Source of the DNA: an uncultured Verrucomicrobiota bacterium
GTDB taxonomy: Bacteria > Verrucomicrobiota > Kiritimatiellia > CAIKKV01 > CAITUY01
Reading direction: 5' to 3'
Assembly: GCA_964609375.1 (NCBI GenBank)
Contig: CAZSSA010000007.1
Location: 1-52,926, forward strand
Length of the DNA: 52,926 bases
Shown here: positions 37,010 to 46,718 of the stretch, in pieces
Numbering within the stretch: position 1 is the stretch's first letter
Layout of the letters: each line of letters starts with the position of its first letter
Notes under the pieces: generated by a model
The model's database searches: none
Seen by the model: the letters and a program-made list of their open reading frames with translations, nothing else
What the model was told of the DNA's origin: nothing
Program-made: the position numbers and the translations under genes

Positions 37010-38539
37010 TTATTCCCGACTCAAGGGAAGACTCAGCACAATGGAGGTTCCCCTCCCGGGCTTGCTGACAATGTCCAACTCGCCCCCCAGAACATCCGCC
37101 CGCTCGCGGATACTGAATAACCCAAACTTCCGATCATCATCCCGTGATGAATCAAACCCGTTCCCCTGATCGGAAACCTCAACCTTAAATCGGCCACGTC
37201 CCTGCGCCTTCACCTCAATGGCAACCGTTTTCACGCCTGCATGCTTGACAACATTCAGCAGTAATTCGCGCACCGCTTCAAAGACAAAAAGCCCGATTTC
37301 TTTTCCAATCTTCTCAATAATACGGTCCACGCGAATCTGAACGGACAGGTCGAATTTTTTCCGCATGTCATCCGCCAACCACCGCAGGGCCCGCTTTAAT
37401 CCCTCTTCATGAATGATGGGCGGACGAAGATCCACCGCCAACGAGCGGGTCACAGCGATCGCCTTATCCAGCATCTGATGAACCCGCTTCGCGGACTCCC
37501 GGAACGATGTCGTCGCATCAAGTTCCTGAAGTTCGCCAAGCCTGAACTTCGCCGCCGCCAGCCATTGCTGGAGATCCTCATGTAAAACATGGGCAATTCT
37601 CAACCGCTCGCGATTCTCCACTCGGATGATCTCTTCCGCCAAGGCCTGAAGTTTAACCGTACGATCCTTGACCTTCCTCTCCAGTTCGTCGCGCGACGCC
37701 TCCAGATCCCTCTGCAACTGCTTCATCGTGGTGACGTCATTGAACATGGCAAACACCTTGCTGGCAACGGGCACACCAAAAATGAACATCGTCTTCACCG
37801 TGCCATCCTTGCAGGTCACTTGATATTCATCACCCGCGATTTCACTGTTCTCAACCAGCGCCTTCCCAAGATGTCCCATCCATCGGGCAATGACGTCCTT
37901 CCGGCACTTTTCATCCGGATAGGCTTTAACCCACCATGCATCCATCGTGGGAATATCCTCCGGCGAGTATCCAAACGTTTCGATGGCCTTCCAGTTCATG
38001 TATTCAATGGTCCCGTCCATCCCGACAATGGCCATCGAGATAGGCGATTGCTCGATGATCTTATGAAGCAGGAGTTCACTTTCACGCATCGACTCTTCGC
38101 TCTGACGACGCGTGGTGACATCGCGCGAAATCACCAGCACGGTTCGCACAGATCCATCCGGCGCCACTTCAGGCACGCAGCGCGACTCATAGTAAATGAG
38201 GCCTTTGGCACTTGGAAATGTATCCCGCACCTCAAGAGTCTGCGCCGTAGCAAAAACCTTTCGGATTCGCTCTTCCCAGAGACTGCAAAACGGCTCTTGG
38301 ACACCCGTCTCCCGAATGGTCTTCCCCATGATGCGTTCCGCATCCATTCCAAGCAGTTTCGCCCCGGCCGAATTGACATAGAGGTGGCGGAAGCCTCGAT
38401 CAAACCGGTCAATGACATCTGGCGCATTGTCAACCAGACTCCGGTAATCCTCAAGGGTCATTGAAACCACCGCCGGCTTCTTTACACGGGCTTGCCCCGC
38501 CCTCACGGATGATCGCCCGGCATTTTTCATCTTATTCAT
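37010..38539 (-). CDS. Cytoplasmic PAS-PAS sensor histidine kinase (HisKA_3 type)
   Basis: Two PAS folds, coiled coil, ERLRIAHVLHEDLQQ H-box, ELLLNVVKHA N-box, VSDQGNGFD, FGLFSIRERA, PGRGT. No TM segment. Start at ATG 38539 (track TTG 38551). Confidence 0.93.
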   Translation of the reverse strand: MNKMKNAGRSSVRAGQARVKKPAVVSMTLEDYRSLVDNAPDVIDRFDRGFRHLYVNSAGAKLLGMDAERIMGKTIRETGVQEPFCSLWEERIRKVFATAQTLEVRDTFPSAKGLIYYESRCVPEVAPDGSVRTVLVISRDVTTRRQSEESMRESELLLHKIIEQSPISMAIVGMDGTIEYMNWKAIETFGYSPEDIPTMDAWWVKAYPDEKCRKDVIARWMGHLGKALVENSEIAGDEYQVTCKDGTVKTMFIFGVPVASKVFAMFNDVTTMKQLQRDLEASRDELERKVKDRTVKLQALAEEIIRVENRERLRIAHVLHEDLQQWLAAAKFRLGELQELDATTSFRESAKRVHQMLDKAIAVTRSLAVDLRPPIIHEEGLKRALRWLADDMRKKFDLSVQIRVDRIIEKIGKEIGLFVFEAVRELLLNVVKHAGVKTVAIEVKAQGRGRFKVEVSDQGNGFDSSRDDDRKFGLFSIRERADVLGGELDIVSKPGRGTSIVLSLPLSRE

Positions 38540-38585
38540 GAAAGGGCTCAATCTCTTCTTTCATTGCTTGCCCTGATCACGGGAT

Positions 38586-40178
38586 TCAAGGCTTCCCTTC
38601 GACACTTGCAAGATCATAAACCCTGAGCCCGTCGATTCGACCGCCCGTCAATTCAGGAAACGGATTCACCTGCGCAGGCACAGCAGCAAAATCACCCCAG
38701 ACAAAGTAGTAACGCACCCCCATCCTCATGAGGACGGGAACAATCTCATCATCCGGAGTCTCAAACTTCGCTCCGTAATACGGCAATTCAAGATGATAAG
38801 CCACAAACAGGCTCTTTGCCCAGTACCGATTGGAAGCCATGCCGCCTCGTAGTTTTGCTTCCCGGGCCAGCCACACACTGAGATCCTTCACCGTCTGCCC
38901 GTCACGGTTACAATACAACGTTGCCGTTTGCATCACAGGGTACACAGCCATCGACAGGGCCAGCACCAGCCAGACGACCGTCTTCTGCCATCCGGACAAA
39001 AAGCCTCTGCACTCCAACCGCTTCGCCAACTGCGCCCCCATGAACGCCAATAGAATCACACAGGCAAAAACGTACCGGACTTCAACCAGAACCAGCACAT
39101 AACCTGCAGAATAAAGCACAAAGGTCAACAAGGGAGCAGCCTCCCCGCCGGGGCGCAAACACTGTCGTCGTAACTTCACACATATCACGAGAAAAACCAC
39201 GACAATGACACCAAACAATGGCGAGTACCGGCTGTAAATACGGATGGCCTTTATCGTGTTTTTAACCATCACGCGAACCTGATGCTTCAGCATCATCACG
39301 GATTCCGTAGCGCTCCATTTCAAGACCGGCAGGAAGGAAGGATCCTCCCACATGCTGATCGCGACCGGATCCGCAGGGGCAATGAAGCTCCGGTTGGGCA
39401 CCGGAGGCTGTCCAATGAAATCCGGCGAGTTCAACGCATGGGCATAGGACCCTGCATTTCCCACCGTGAACTTTTCGTATTTGCCGGACAGCACCATAAT
39501 CCATCCGCCCGCAAACAAGACAAAAATAACCATGCCGAGCAAATAGTTGCGCAATACCCCGCGGCGCTGACTCTTGTCTTCCAAACCGCACAAGAAAAGA
39601 ACGGTCATCAACGTAAAATGCGCAAGAAAGAAAGGGAGACCAAACGCCTTGGTGCAATAGGCCAGCGCCCCCAGCACGCCACAAATAATCCCGTCCCGGA
39701 TGCGCAGGCCATAACCCAAGTCAAAAACAACACCGAAGTACCACACCAGCACGCACACCATCAGAAAATCAGGCGTCAACTTGTAAAACGTAAATAGCCA
39801 CAACAATGGCAGCATCGCCACTAACACAACCATCCGCTGGCGCCCGGATAAGTCAAATCGCTTAGCCAGCACATTCAACCCGGGAATCGTCACCAGCCCG
39901 GTCAGCATCGATATCAATTTCCCGGCCAGAAGCGCATCCATCCGCATCGCAAGGAAGGGCACAAGCAACCACGACAAGAGGGGCCCCCAGTATCCGTTGA
40001 CCGCCGCATGCCAATCACCGGCAAGATATCGGCGGGCAACCGCAATATAGGAAATCCCATCCGCATTGATCGCCCAACGGAAACCGGGCAGCAGCGCCAA
40101 CGCCACGAGCAGATAGACAAGCGCGATGCCCATCACACCGGCATGGGGCCCCAGCAGATCACTTGTCCTTTTGCTCAT
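38586..40178 (-). CDS. Polytopic membrane protein, putative GT-C (ArnT/PMT-like) glycosyltransferase
   Basis: More than 10 hydrophobic segments, first-loop acidic motif DGISY, YWGPLLSWL, TPDF, TKAFGLPF, soluble C-terminal tail. Start uncertain. Confidence 0.65.
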   Translation of the reverse strand: MSKRTSDLLGPHAGVMGIALVYLLVALALLPGFRWAINADGISYIAVARRYLAGDWHAAVNGYWGPLLSWLLVPFLAMRMDALLAGKLISMLTGLVTIPGLNVLAKRFDLSGRQRMVVLVAMLPLLWLFTFYKLTPDFLMVCVLVWYFGVVFDLGYGLRIRDGIICGVLGALAYCTKAFGLPFFLAHFTLMTVLFLCGLEDKSQRRGVLRNYLLGMVIFVLFAGGWIMVLSGKYEKFTVGNAGSYAHALNSPDFIGQPPVPNRSFIAPADPVAISMWEDPSFLPVLKWSATESVMMLKHQVRVMVKNTIKAIRIYSRYSPLFGVIVVVFLVICVKLRRQCLRPGGEAAPLLTFVLYSAGYVLVLVEVRYVFACVILLAFMGAQLAKRLECRGFLSGWQKTVVWLVLALSMAVYPVMQTATLYCNRDGQTVKDLSVWLAREAKLRGGMASNRYWAKSLFVAYHLELPYYGAKFETPDDEIVPVLMRMGVRYYFVWGDFAAVPAQVNPFPELTGGRIDGLRVYDLASVEGKP

Positions 40179-40399
40179 GATTCGTCTTCTCAACATTAAC
40201 CCGCCGGACGTCCTGCCTGTGGGTCGTCCCGGCAACAATATCATCAGATGCCGCCATCGCCCATCGCGCCAAAGCACTCCAGTCCGGTCCACACGGTACC
40301 ATCAGTATCACTGTGAACGACCCAAGGCAGGACGGTCCCCTATCGATGGGCTTATATTCATGATGTGTTCAAGGGATATTTCCATTGTTAGCCCCGCCC

Positions 40400-41623
40400 C
40401 TACTCTCTCCTCAGACTCTCAATGGGACTCAGCCGCGCCGCCCGCCATGCCGGATAAAACCCAAAAAAGATTCCCACACCAGCCGCAAATGACAACGCCA
40501 ACAAAATTGAACTTGGCGCTATCAATACCGGCCACTGATTTGTCGTCGCCACAATCTTAGCCGCCAATATCCCCAACCCGACCCCGATCAATCCGCCAAC
40601 ACCAGCCAGGACAACCGCCTCAATCAAAAACTGCCACATGATATCCCGCCGCTTGGCCCCCACCGCCATGCGTAATCCAATCTCCCGCGTCCGCTCCGTC
40701 ACCGAAACCAGCATGATATTCATGATGCCAATCCCGCCCACCACCAGCGAAATAAAGGCAATCACCGTCAATAACAGCGTCATCATTCGCGATACCGACG
40801 TAATGGTTTCCGTCACCTCGGCCATGTCCGTCACGGTAAAATCATCCTCCGCATCAACCCTCAACCGGTGCCGCTGCCTGAGAATCGCGACAATCTCCTC
40901 TTTCGCCCGCGCCAGATCTTCCAGCTTGTGTAAACTGAGAATCAGCTGATCCACATTGAGAAAACTCGATTTCTGGAGCACCCGCCGCACCGTAATCCAC
41001 GGGGCGATAATAACATCATCCTGATCCTGCCCCCACGCCGTACTCCCTTTGGGAACCAGCACTCCAATGATCCGGAACGACATGTTCCGGATCCTTATAT
41101 TCTTGCCCACCGGACTCTCGCCCTCGAAAAGCTCATCCGCCACCGTCTTCCCCAGCACACACACCCGCACACCACGCCGAACATCATTTTCAACAAAAAA
41201 AGCCCCCTCCGCCATTTCCCAATTCCGCACCTCGGGATATTGCTCGGTAACGCCTTGAATGGTGGTCTGCCAATCATTCTCACGGTACACCACCTGCGCA
41301 CCGCTTCGCACCACAGGACTCATCGCCCTGACCATTGAACACTCCCTGAGAATCGCCTCGCCATCTTCCGCCATCAGGTTTTGCCGCGTCCCGCCTCCGC
41401 TACGGGCGCCATCCACTCGCAAACTGCCCGGAAATATCATCACCAGATTATTGCCCATGCTGTTAATCTGGGTCTTTATCATCACCGACGCCCCTTGCCC
41501 GACCGATATCACCGCAATCACGGCGGCAATCCCGATGATGATTCCCAGCGCGGTCAGCAACGCACGCCCCTTGTTGCGCATCAAGGCCCGCACCGCCACC
41601 CGGAAAATAACCGCCCCGGTCAT
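40400..41623 (-). CDS. MacB/FtsX-family ABC transporter permease
   Basis: RALLTALGIIIGIAAV, VGGIGIMNIMLVSVTERTREIGLRMAVGA, FGFYPAWRAARLSPIESLR. Confidence 0.96.
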   Translation of the reverse strand: MTGAVIFRVAVRALMRNKGRALLTALGIIIGIAAVIAVISVGQGASVMIKTQINSMGNNLVMIFPGSLRVDGARSGGGTRQNLMAEDGEAILRECSMVRAMSPVVRSGAQVVYRENDWQTTIQGVTEQYPEVRNWEMAEGAFFVENDVRRGVRVCVLGKTVADELFEGESPVGKNIRIRNMSFRIIGVLVPKGSTAWGQDQDDVIIAPWITVRRVLQKSSFLNVDQLILSLHKLEDLARAKEEIVAILRQRHRLRVDAEDDFTVTDMAEVTETITSVSRMMTLLLTVIAFISLVVGGIGIMNIMLVSVTERTREIGLRMAVGAKRRDIMWQFLIEAVVLAGVGGLIGVGLGILAAKIVATTNQWPVLIAPSSILLALSFAAGVGIFFGFYPAWRAARLSPIESLRRE

Positions 41624-42285
41624 ACAACCTCCCCGTCCCGCATGTGGATGGTCCGCTTGGCAAACCCCGCAATGTCCTGCTCGTGGGTCACCATCGCCAC
41701 CGTGATTCCTTCTGCGTTGAGGGACGTGAATAGTTCCATGATTTCCGCACTGGCATGACTATCCAGATTCCCCGTTGGCTCATCCGCCAATATCAACGGA
41801 GGCCGATTCACCAAGGCCCTGGCAATCGCCACCCGCTGCTGCTGCCCGCCGGACAACTGGCTCGGGTGATGATGCATCCGTCCGCCCAATCCCAGCCGCT
41901 CCAGCAATACCTCCGCCCGCTGCCGCCGTTCCGCACTCTTTATCTTTCCTGCGTAGTACAACGGCAACTCGACATTCTCCAAGGCACTCGTGCGCGGAAG
42001 CAAATTGAAGTTCTGGAATACAAACCCGATCTTCCGGTTCCGCAAGCTCGCCAGCCGGTCGGCGGTCAACAGCCCGGCCTGCTCTCCATCCAGAAAATAC
42101 TCCCCGGAGGTAGGCGTATCCAGACATCCCAGCACATTCATCAACGTGCTTTTCCCTGACCCGGAAGCACCCATGATGGCGACGAAATCACCCCGCGCAA
42201 TCTCCAGCGAAACATCCCTCAAGGCGGGAATTTCGATCTCGCCCATCCGATAAACTTTGCAGACCTTGCGGAGTGTAATCAGCAT
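41620..42285 (-). CDS. MacB/LolD-type ABC ATP-binding protein
   Basis: [38 protein letters not shown]. Confidence 0.96.
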   Translation of the reverse strand: MLITLRKVCKVYRMGEIEIPALRDVSLEIARGDFVAIMGASGSGKSTLMNVLGCLDTPTSGEYFLDGEQAGLLTADRLASLRNRKIGFVFQNFNLLPRTSALENVELPLYYAGKIKSAERRQRAEVLLERLGLGGRMHHHPSQLSGGQQQRVAIARALVNRPPLILADEPTGNLDSHASAEIMELFTSLNAEGITVAMVTHEQDIAGFAKRTIHMRDGEVV

Positions 42286-43493
42286 TACTGGATCCTTGTT
42301 CGCCGCCCCGGCGGCGCCCGTGGAGGCGCAAAGGGGTTTTTCATCTCTTCCTTCGCCCCCGAAGCCACTCCGTTCGTCCCGATAACCAGGAGACTCCCCT
42401 CCCCCAATCCCGCCGCTTCACGCAATTCCGTAAACGCACCGTCCGTGATTCCCAGCTTGATCTTGACTGCCTCGGGCGGCCGGTCAGGGCTCTTCAACAC
42501 CCATACCTTGGACCCGCCACCGGAACGCGATTCACCCTTGCCCTCCGCCAACTTGAATCTCAAGACCGCATTGGGAACCTTGAGCACATCCTCGCTACGC
42601 GCCACTTCGCAAATCACGTTGGCCGTCATCCCCGGGAAAAGTTTGCCATCCGGATTATCCGCCCGAATAATCACCGGATACGTCACCACATTCTGCGACA
42701 TGGTGGCGGCCAACCGGATCTGGGCCACCTTCCCCTCAAATTCGTCAGGATAAGCATCCACGGTGAACGTCACCCGCTGCCCCAACCGGATGGTGCCAAT
42801 ATCCGCCTCCGGCACCCCCGCTTCAATTTCCACCTGCCGCAAGTCCGTCGCAATCTGGAAAAGCACCGGCGCCGACATGCTGGCCACCACCGTCTGCCCC
42901 GCACTGACATTCCGCTTAATCACCACGCCATCCACCGGAGAACGAATCACCGTGTAATCAAGATTAGCCTGGGCCAATTGCAGCGACGCTTTGCTTTGCT
43001 GAACCTCCGCCAGAGCCACTTTAAGCTGGGCGGCCAATGTATCCCGGGTGGCCAACGCCGCATCCAGATCGGCTTGCGACAACATATCCCGCTTCGCCAG
43101 CTCGCGGGACCGGACAAAGTCCTTTTCGGATTGCGCCAGACGCGTCTGGGCCTGATCCACCGAGGCTTCGCTCTGGAGCACATTCGCCTGCTCCTGCGCC
43201 AGCCGAGCCTTGTAAACCGTTGGCTCAATCTGGGCCACAAGGTCTCCCATCTTGACCGGGTCATTAAAATCAACATACAGGGTCTGGATCGGACCGTTGA
43301 CTTGCGTTCCCACATCCACCATCCGTATCGGCTTGACGACTCCTGAGGCCCGCACCGTCTGCACCACGGTCCCCTTCTCTACCGCCACCGTCCGATAACG
43401 CGCCACCTCCGGCTCACGTGACCGCCACCACATCACACCGCCCGCTATGGCGGCACAAACGACCACACCGGTTATTATCTTCCACTGTTTCAT
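42285..43493 (-). CDS. MacA-like periplasmic adaptor (efflux membrane fusion protein)
   Basis: VGTQVNGPI..LYVDFND.VK.G, helical hairpin, IRSPVDGVVI, DAYPD, PGMTA. Confidence 0.94.
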   Translation of the reverse strand: MKQWKIITGVVVCAAIAGGVMWWRSREPEVARYRTVAVEKGTVVQTVRASGVVKPIRMVDVGTQVNGPIQTLYVDFNDPVKMGDLVAQIEPTVYKARLAQEQANVLQSEASVDQAQTRLAQSEKDFVRSRELAKRDMLSQADLDAALATRDTLAAQLKVALAEVQQSKASLQLAQANLDYTVIRSPVDGVVIKRNVSAGQTVVASMSAPVLFQIATDLRQVEIEAGVPEADIGTIRLGQRVTFTVDAYPDEFEGKVAQIRLAATMSQNVVTYPVIIRADNPDGKLFPGMTANVICEVARSEDVLKVPNAVLRFKLAEGKGESRSGGGSKVWVLKSPDRPPEAVKIKLGITDGAFTELREAAGLGEGSLLVIGTNGVASGAKEEMKNPFAPPRAPPGRRTRIQ

Positions 43494-44926
43494 GGTGCCC
43501 CGTTTCCTATCGCATGCTGAACTTGCGCCACCGCCTTCTGGCGGTCAAACCGCGCCCTTACTCGACCAACACGGGCCCCCGTCAAGGCGACTTGAGCATC
43601 CGTAACTTCAATCGCCGAGGCCTTGCCCTGCTTATACCGCTCGCTCACGAGCGCCAGACTCTCCTTCGCCTCCCGCACAAGCAAATCCGTTAATCCCTGC
43701 CTCTCAATGGCGGTATCGAGACTGCTTAATCCGCGCTGAATTTCCAGATAGATCAGTTGCTCGCGCTCGGCAACCATACTGCGCGCCGACCGCAATCCAG
43801 CCACGGCCTCCTCCACCCTCGCCGTATCCTGCCACCCCGTGAATACACGGGCCGCCGCACGGGCAAACACCGACCAATTCCACATCAACGGAAACGCCGA
43901 CCCGCCCACACCATAATCCCCTCCCGCCCGCAAGGAAGGATACAGATTGGCAATGGCCGCATCCACTGCAGACGAGGCCACACGCTCCCGCGCACGCAGG
44001 GACCGCAGCTCCGGGTGATGCTCCCGAGCAATGGCCATCAACCCTTCCACCGTGCCTTCAAAAGGCTCAGGACTCTCCGCGCTCACCTTGAAACCAGGAT
44101 CCTCGGCCAATCCAAGGCTCAGATTTAACGCCACCCGCGCGATCACCAAGGTGTTGGCGGCATCAATCCGCGATATCCGGGCATTCCCAAGATCCACTTC
44201 CGCCTTGGTCACATCATACCGGATGCGCGTTCCAACCTCAAAGAAAGCGCGCGCCTGCTCAAGATGCTGCCCGAACTGCAGCACCAACTCATCCGCCTCC
44301 TGCAATAATTCCTTGGCCCGGCAAAAATCAAAAAAGGCCGTCCGCACTTCATAAACCACGTTATTCCTCGCCGCACGCAAGGACTCCTCCGCCGCCACAC
44401 GACGCTCAATCGCCTGCCGAACCACCGCCGGAGTCTTGCCAAAATCATAGATCAAGAGGTCAAACCCAACCGACCCGCTGTAACTATCACTGGATTGACC
44501 ACTGGAAGGCATACCCGCCGAATTCGATGTGCGCCGCGTATAACCGGCAGACACATCAACCCCCGGCCAGTAGGCGGAGACAGATGACTTCTCCTGAGCT
44601 ATGGCAGCCACTAATTCCTGCCGCGCCTGAATCAGGGAAGGCCGGTATTCCAGCGCCAGCGCCACCGCATTGCTCACCGTGAGAACCGAATTGGAATCCA
44701 ACCCGATTTCAGACGCCCTCACCGTTCGCTCGCCAGGCGGCACTTTCAAACCATCCTGCGCCTCCCGAGCCCGGCGAATCGTCGAACACCCCGCCCCCAA
44801 CAGCACCATCATGCCGGCTAACAGAAAACAATGGCAATACCCCATGGCCGTAAGCGCCGACAACCGGACAAAACCCTCCGGCCGGCAAACACGCTTGCCT
44901 TGACTTATATGAAACAAAGTATTCAT
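43490..44926 (-). CDS. TolC-family outer membrane efflux protein (probable lipoprotein)
   Basis: Lipobox LGAG-C, two OEP repeats (LIYDFGK; ERYKQGKASAIEVTDAQ..L). Start uncertain: ATG 44926 or 44845; the track TTG at 44965 lies in an AT-rich palindrome. Confidence 0.92.
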   Translation of the reverse strand: MNTLFHISQGKRVCRPEGFVRLSALTAMGYCHCFLLAGMMVLLGAGCSTIRRAREAQDGLKVPPGERTVRASEIGLDSNSVLTVSNAVALALEYRPSLIQARQELVAAIAQEKSSVSAYWPGVDVSAGYTRRTSNSAGMPSSGQSSDSYSGSVGFDLLIYDFGKTPAVVRQAIERRVAAEESLRAARNNVVYEVRTAFFDFCRAKELLQEADELVLQFGQHLEQARAFFEVGTRIRYDVTKAEVDLGNARISRIDAANTLVIARVALNLSLGLAEDPGFKVSAESPEPFEGTVEGLMAIAREHHPELRSLRARERVASSAVDAAIANLYPSLRAGGDYGVGGSAFPLMWNWSVFARAAARVFTGWQDTARVEEAVAGLRSARSMVAEREQLIYLEIQRGLSSLDTAIERQGLTDLLVREAKESLALVSERYKQGKASAIEVTDAQVALTGARVGRVRARFDRQKAVAQVQHAIGNGAP

Positions 44927-44956
44927 GGCCACGATGCTTATAGAAGTAAACGGTTC

Positions 44957-44986
44957 TGAATACAAAATATTTTAAAAATATATTCA
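44957..44986. promoter_or_regulatory. AT-rich nested palindrome between divergent genes
   Basis: tgaata-N18-tattca enclosing aaaatatttt; a TTGACA lies at 45007-45012. Confidence 0.45.
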
Positions 44987-45085
44987 CCCCGACTCACATT
45001 CGCAAGTTGACAAAACCGCAAAAAACCGACTGAATAACGCGTTTTCCCGCTGGAATAGCCTTCGGGAACGGTGGAGAAATTCAAT

Positions 45086-46078
45086 ATGAGCGGCAATGAA
45101 CCGGCAATCGGAAGCAAAGGGTGGATCTCTTATCGCCCCGAAATCAAAGTTCTCGATGTCACCATCCGTGATGGTGGCCTGATGAATGATCACAAGTTTG
45201 ACATCGCCCTCGTCAGCGCCGTCTACCAGGCCGTCGTCGCCGCCGGCATTGATTACATGGAACTCGGCTATAAGGGCTCTAAACGCATTTTCTCAGCCAC
45301 CGAAAACGGCCCTTGGAAATTCTGCGACGAAGACGTCATCCGCCGCGCCATCGGAGAAAAAAACCCCGCCGTCAAACTCTCCGTCATGGCCGATGCCGAA
45401 CGGACGGACTACCACACCGACATCCTCCCCCGCGAAAAAAGCGTGCTGGATATGATCCGCGTCGCCACCTACATCCACCAGATCCCCACCGCCTTGGATA
45501 TGATCAAGGACGCCCGCGATAAGGGCTACGAAACCTGCGTCAACCTCATGGCAATCTCCACCGTGCCGGAATGCGAACTGGACGGCGCCCTGGAAATCCT
45601 GGCCAAGTCGGACGTCGACGTCATTTATCTCGTGGACAGTTTCGGCTCCCTCTACAGCGAACAAATCCGCGCCCTGATGCATAAATTCCAGAAATTCGCC
45701 AAACCCGCCGGTAAACAGATCGGCATTCATACTCACAATAATTGCCAGTTGGCCTACTCCAACACCATCGAAGCCATCGTTTGCGGCGCGAATTATCTCG
45801 ATGCCAGCCTCGCGGGCCTCGGACGCGGCGCCGGAAACTGCCCCGCCGAAATACTCCTCAGTTTCCTGCATAACCCGAAATACCGCCTGCGCCCCCTCCT
45901 GCAATGCATCCGCGACAACATCGAACCGTTACGCAAGCAGTTCTTCTGGGGCTATAGCATCCCCTACATGATCAGCGGCATGATGAACCAGCACCCGCGC
46001 GATTCCATCAAATTCATGGACAGCAAAAACGCTGACGACATCGTCAAGTTCTACGACGACATGACCGAAAAGGAATAG
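45086..46078 (+). CDS. DRE-TIM metallolyase, 4-hydroxy-2-oxovalerate-aldolase-like, stand-alone
   Basis: DVTIRDGG, YMELG, YLVDSFG, HTHNN, GLGRGAGNCPAE. Start at ATG 45086. Confidence 0.88.
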   Translation: MSGNEPAIGSKGWISYRPEIKVLDVTIRDGGLMNDHKFDIALVSAVYQAVVAAGIDYMELGYKGSKRIFSATENGPWKFCDEDVIRRAIGEKNPAVKLSVMADAERTDYHTDILPREKSVLDMIRVATYIHQIPTALDMIKDARDKGYETCVNLMAISTVPECELDGALEILAKSDVDVIYLVDSFGSLYSEQIRALMHKFQKFAKPAGKQIGIHTHNNCQLAYSNTIEAIVCGANYLDASLAGLGRGAGNCPAEILLSFLHNPKYRLRPLLQCIRDNIEPLRKQFFWGYSIPYMISGMMNQHPRDSIKFMDSKNADDIVKFYDDMTEKE

Positions 46079-46103
46079 CGTTTCCGAGACGTCAAATAAC
46101 CCG

Positions 46104-46149
46104 AGCATTCTTTCGTGTGTTTCGCGTTTTTCGTAGTTTAAGCATTCTT
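46104..46149. repeat. 9-mer tandem array bracketed by a 9-bp direct repeat
   Basis: ttcgtgtgt ttcgcgttt ttcgtagtt (46112-46138); agcattctt at 46104-46112 and 46141-46149. Confidence 0.75.
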
Positions 46150-46161
46150 CCCGTTGTTAGC

Positions 46162-46659
46162 ATGATTGAGCCATCACACGACCATTACATGCAACTCGCC
46201 TTGCGCGAGGCACAGAAGTCGGCCGATAACGACGAAGTTCCCGTCGGCGCCATCATCGTGCGCAACGGCCAGGTCATTGGCAAGGCCCACAACCAAACCG
46301 AACTTCTAAAAGACCCCACCGCCCATGCCGAGATGATTGCCATTACCCAGGCCGCCTCCGCCGTGGGCGACTGGCGTCTCACCGAAACCACCCTCTATGT
46401 AACCAAGGAACCCTGTCCCATGTGTGCCGGAGCCATTGTATTGGCTCGCATCCCCAACGTGGTATTCGGTGTCTCCGACCCCCTCCGTGGCGGTGCCGTC
46501 TCCGTGTTCAACATCCTAAACCATCCCCAGCTCAATCACCGGCCCGCTGTGATCACCGGCATCCTCGAAAACGAATGCCGCACCATGCTTCAATCCTTCT
46601 TCAAAGCCAAACGCCGGAAGTCATCAGAATCCGAATCCCTTGAAGTGTGTAGTCTGTAG
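46162..46659 (+). CDS. tadA: tRNA adenosine(34) deaminase
   Basis: EVPVGAIIV, DPTAHAEM, TLYVTKEPCPMCAGA, LQSFF..KR. Start at ATG 46162. Confidence 0.95.
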   Translation: MIEPSHDHYMQLALREAQKSADNDEVPVGAIIVRNGQVIGKAHNQTELLKDPTAHAEMIAITQAASAVGDWRLTETTLYVTKEPCPMCAGAIVLARIPNVVFGVSDPLRGGAVSVFNILNHPQLNHRPAVITGILENECRTMLQSFFKAKRRKSSESESLEVCSL

Positions 46660-46718
46660 TCCGTTGTCTATTTCCCCCCTCCTCCACTAACAGCCTTACA
46701 GTCTAACGGCCTAACAAC
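46648..46718. repeat. Heptamer and octamer tandem arrays at a convergent gene junction
   Basis: tgtagtc tgtagtc cgttgtc (46648-46668); ctaacagc cttacagt ctaacggc ctaacaac (46687-46718). Confidence 0.8.
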
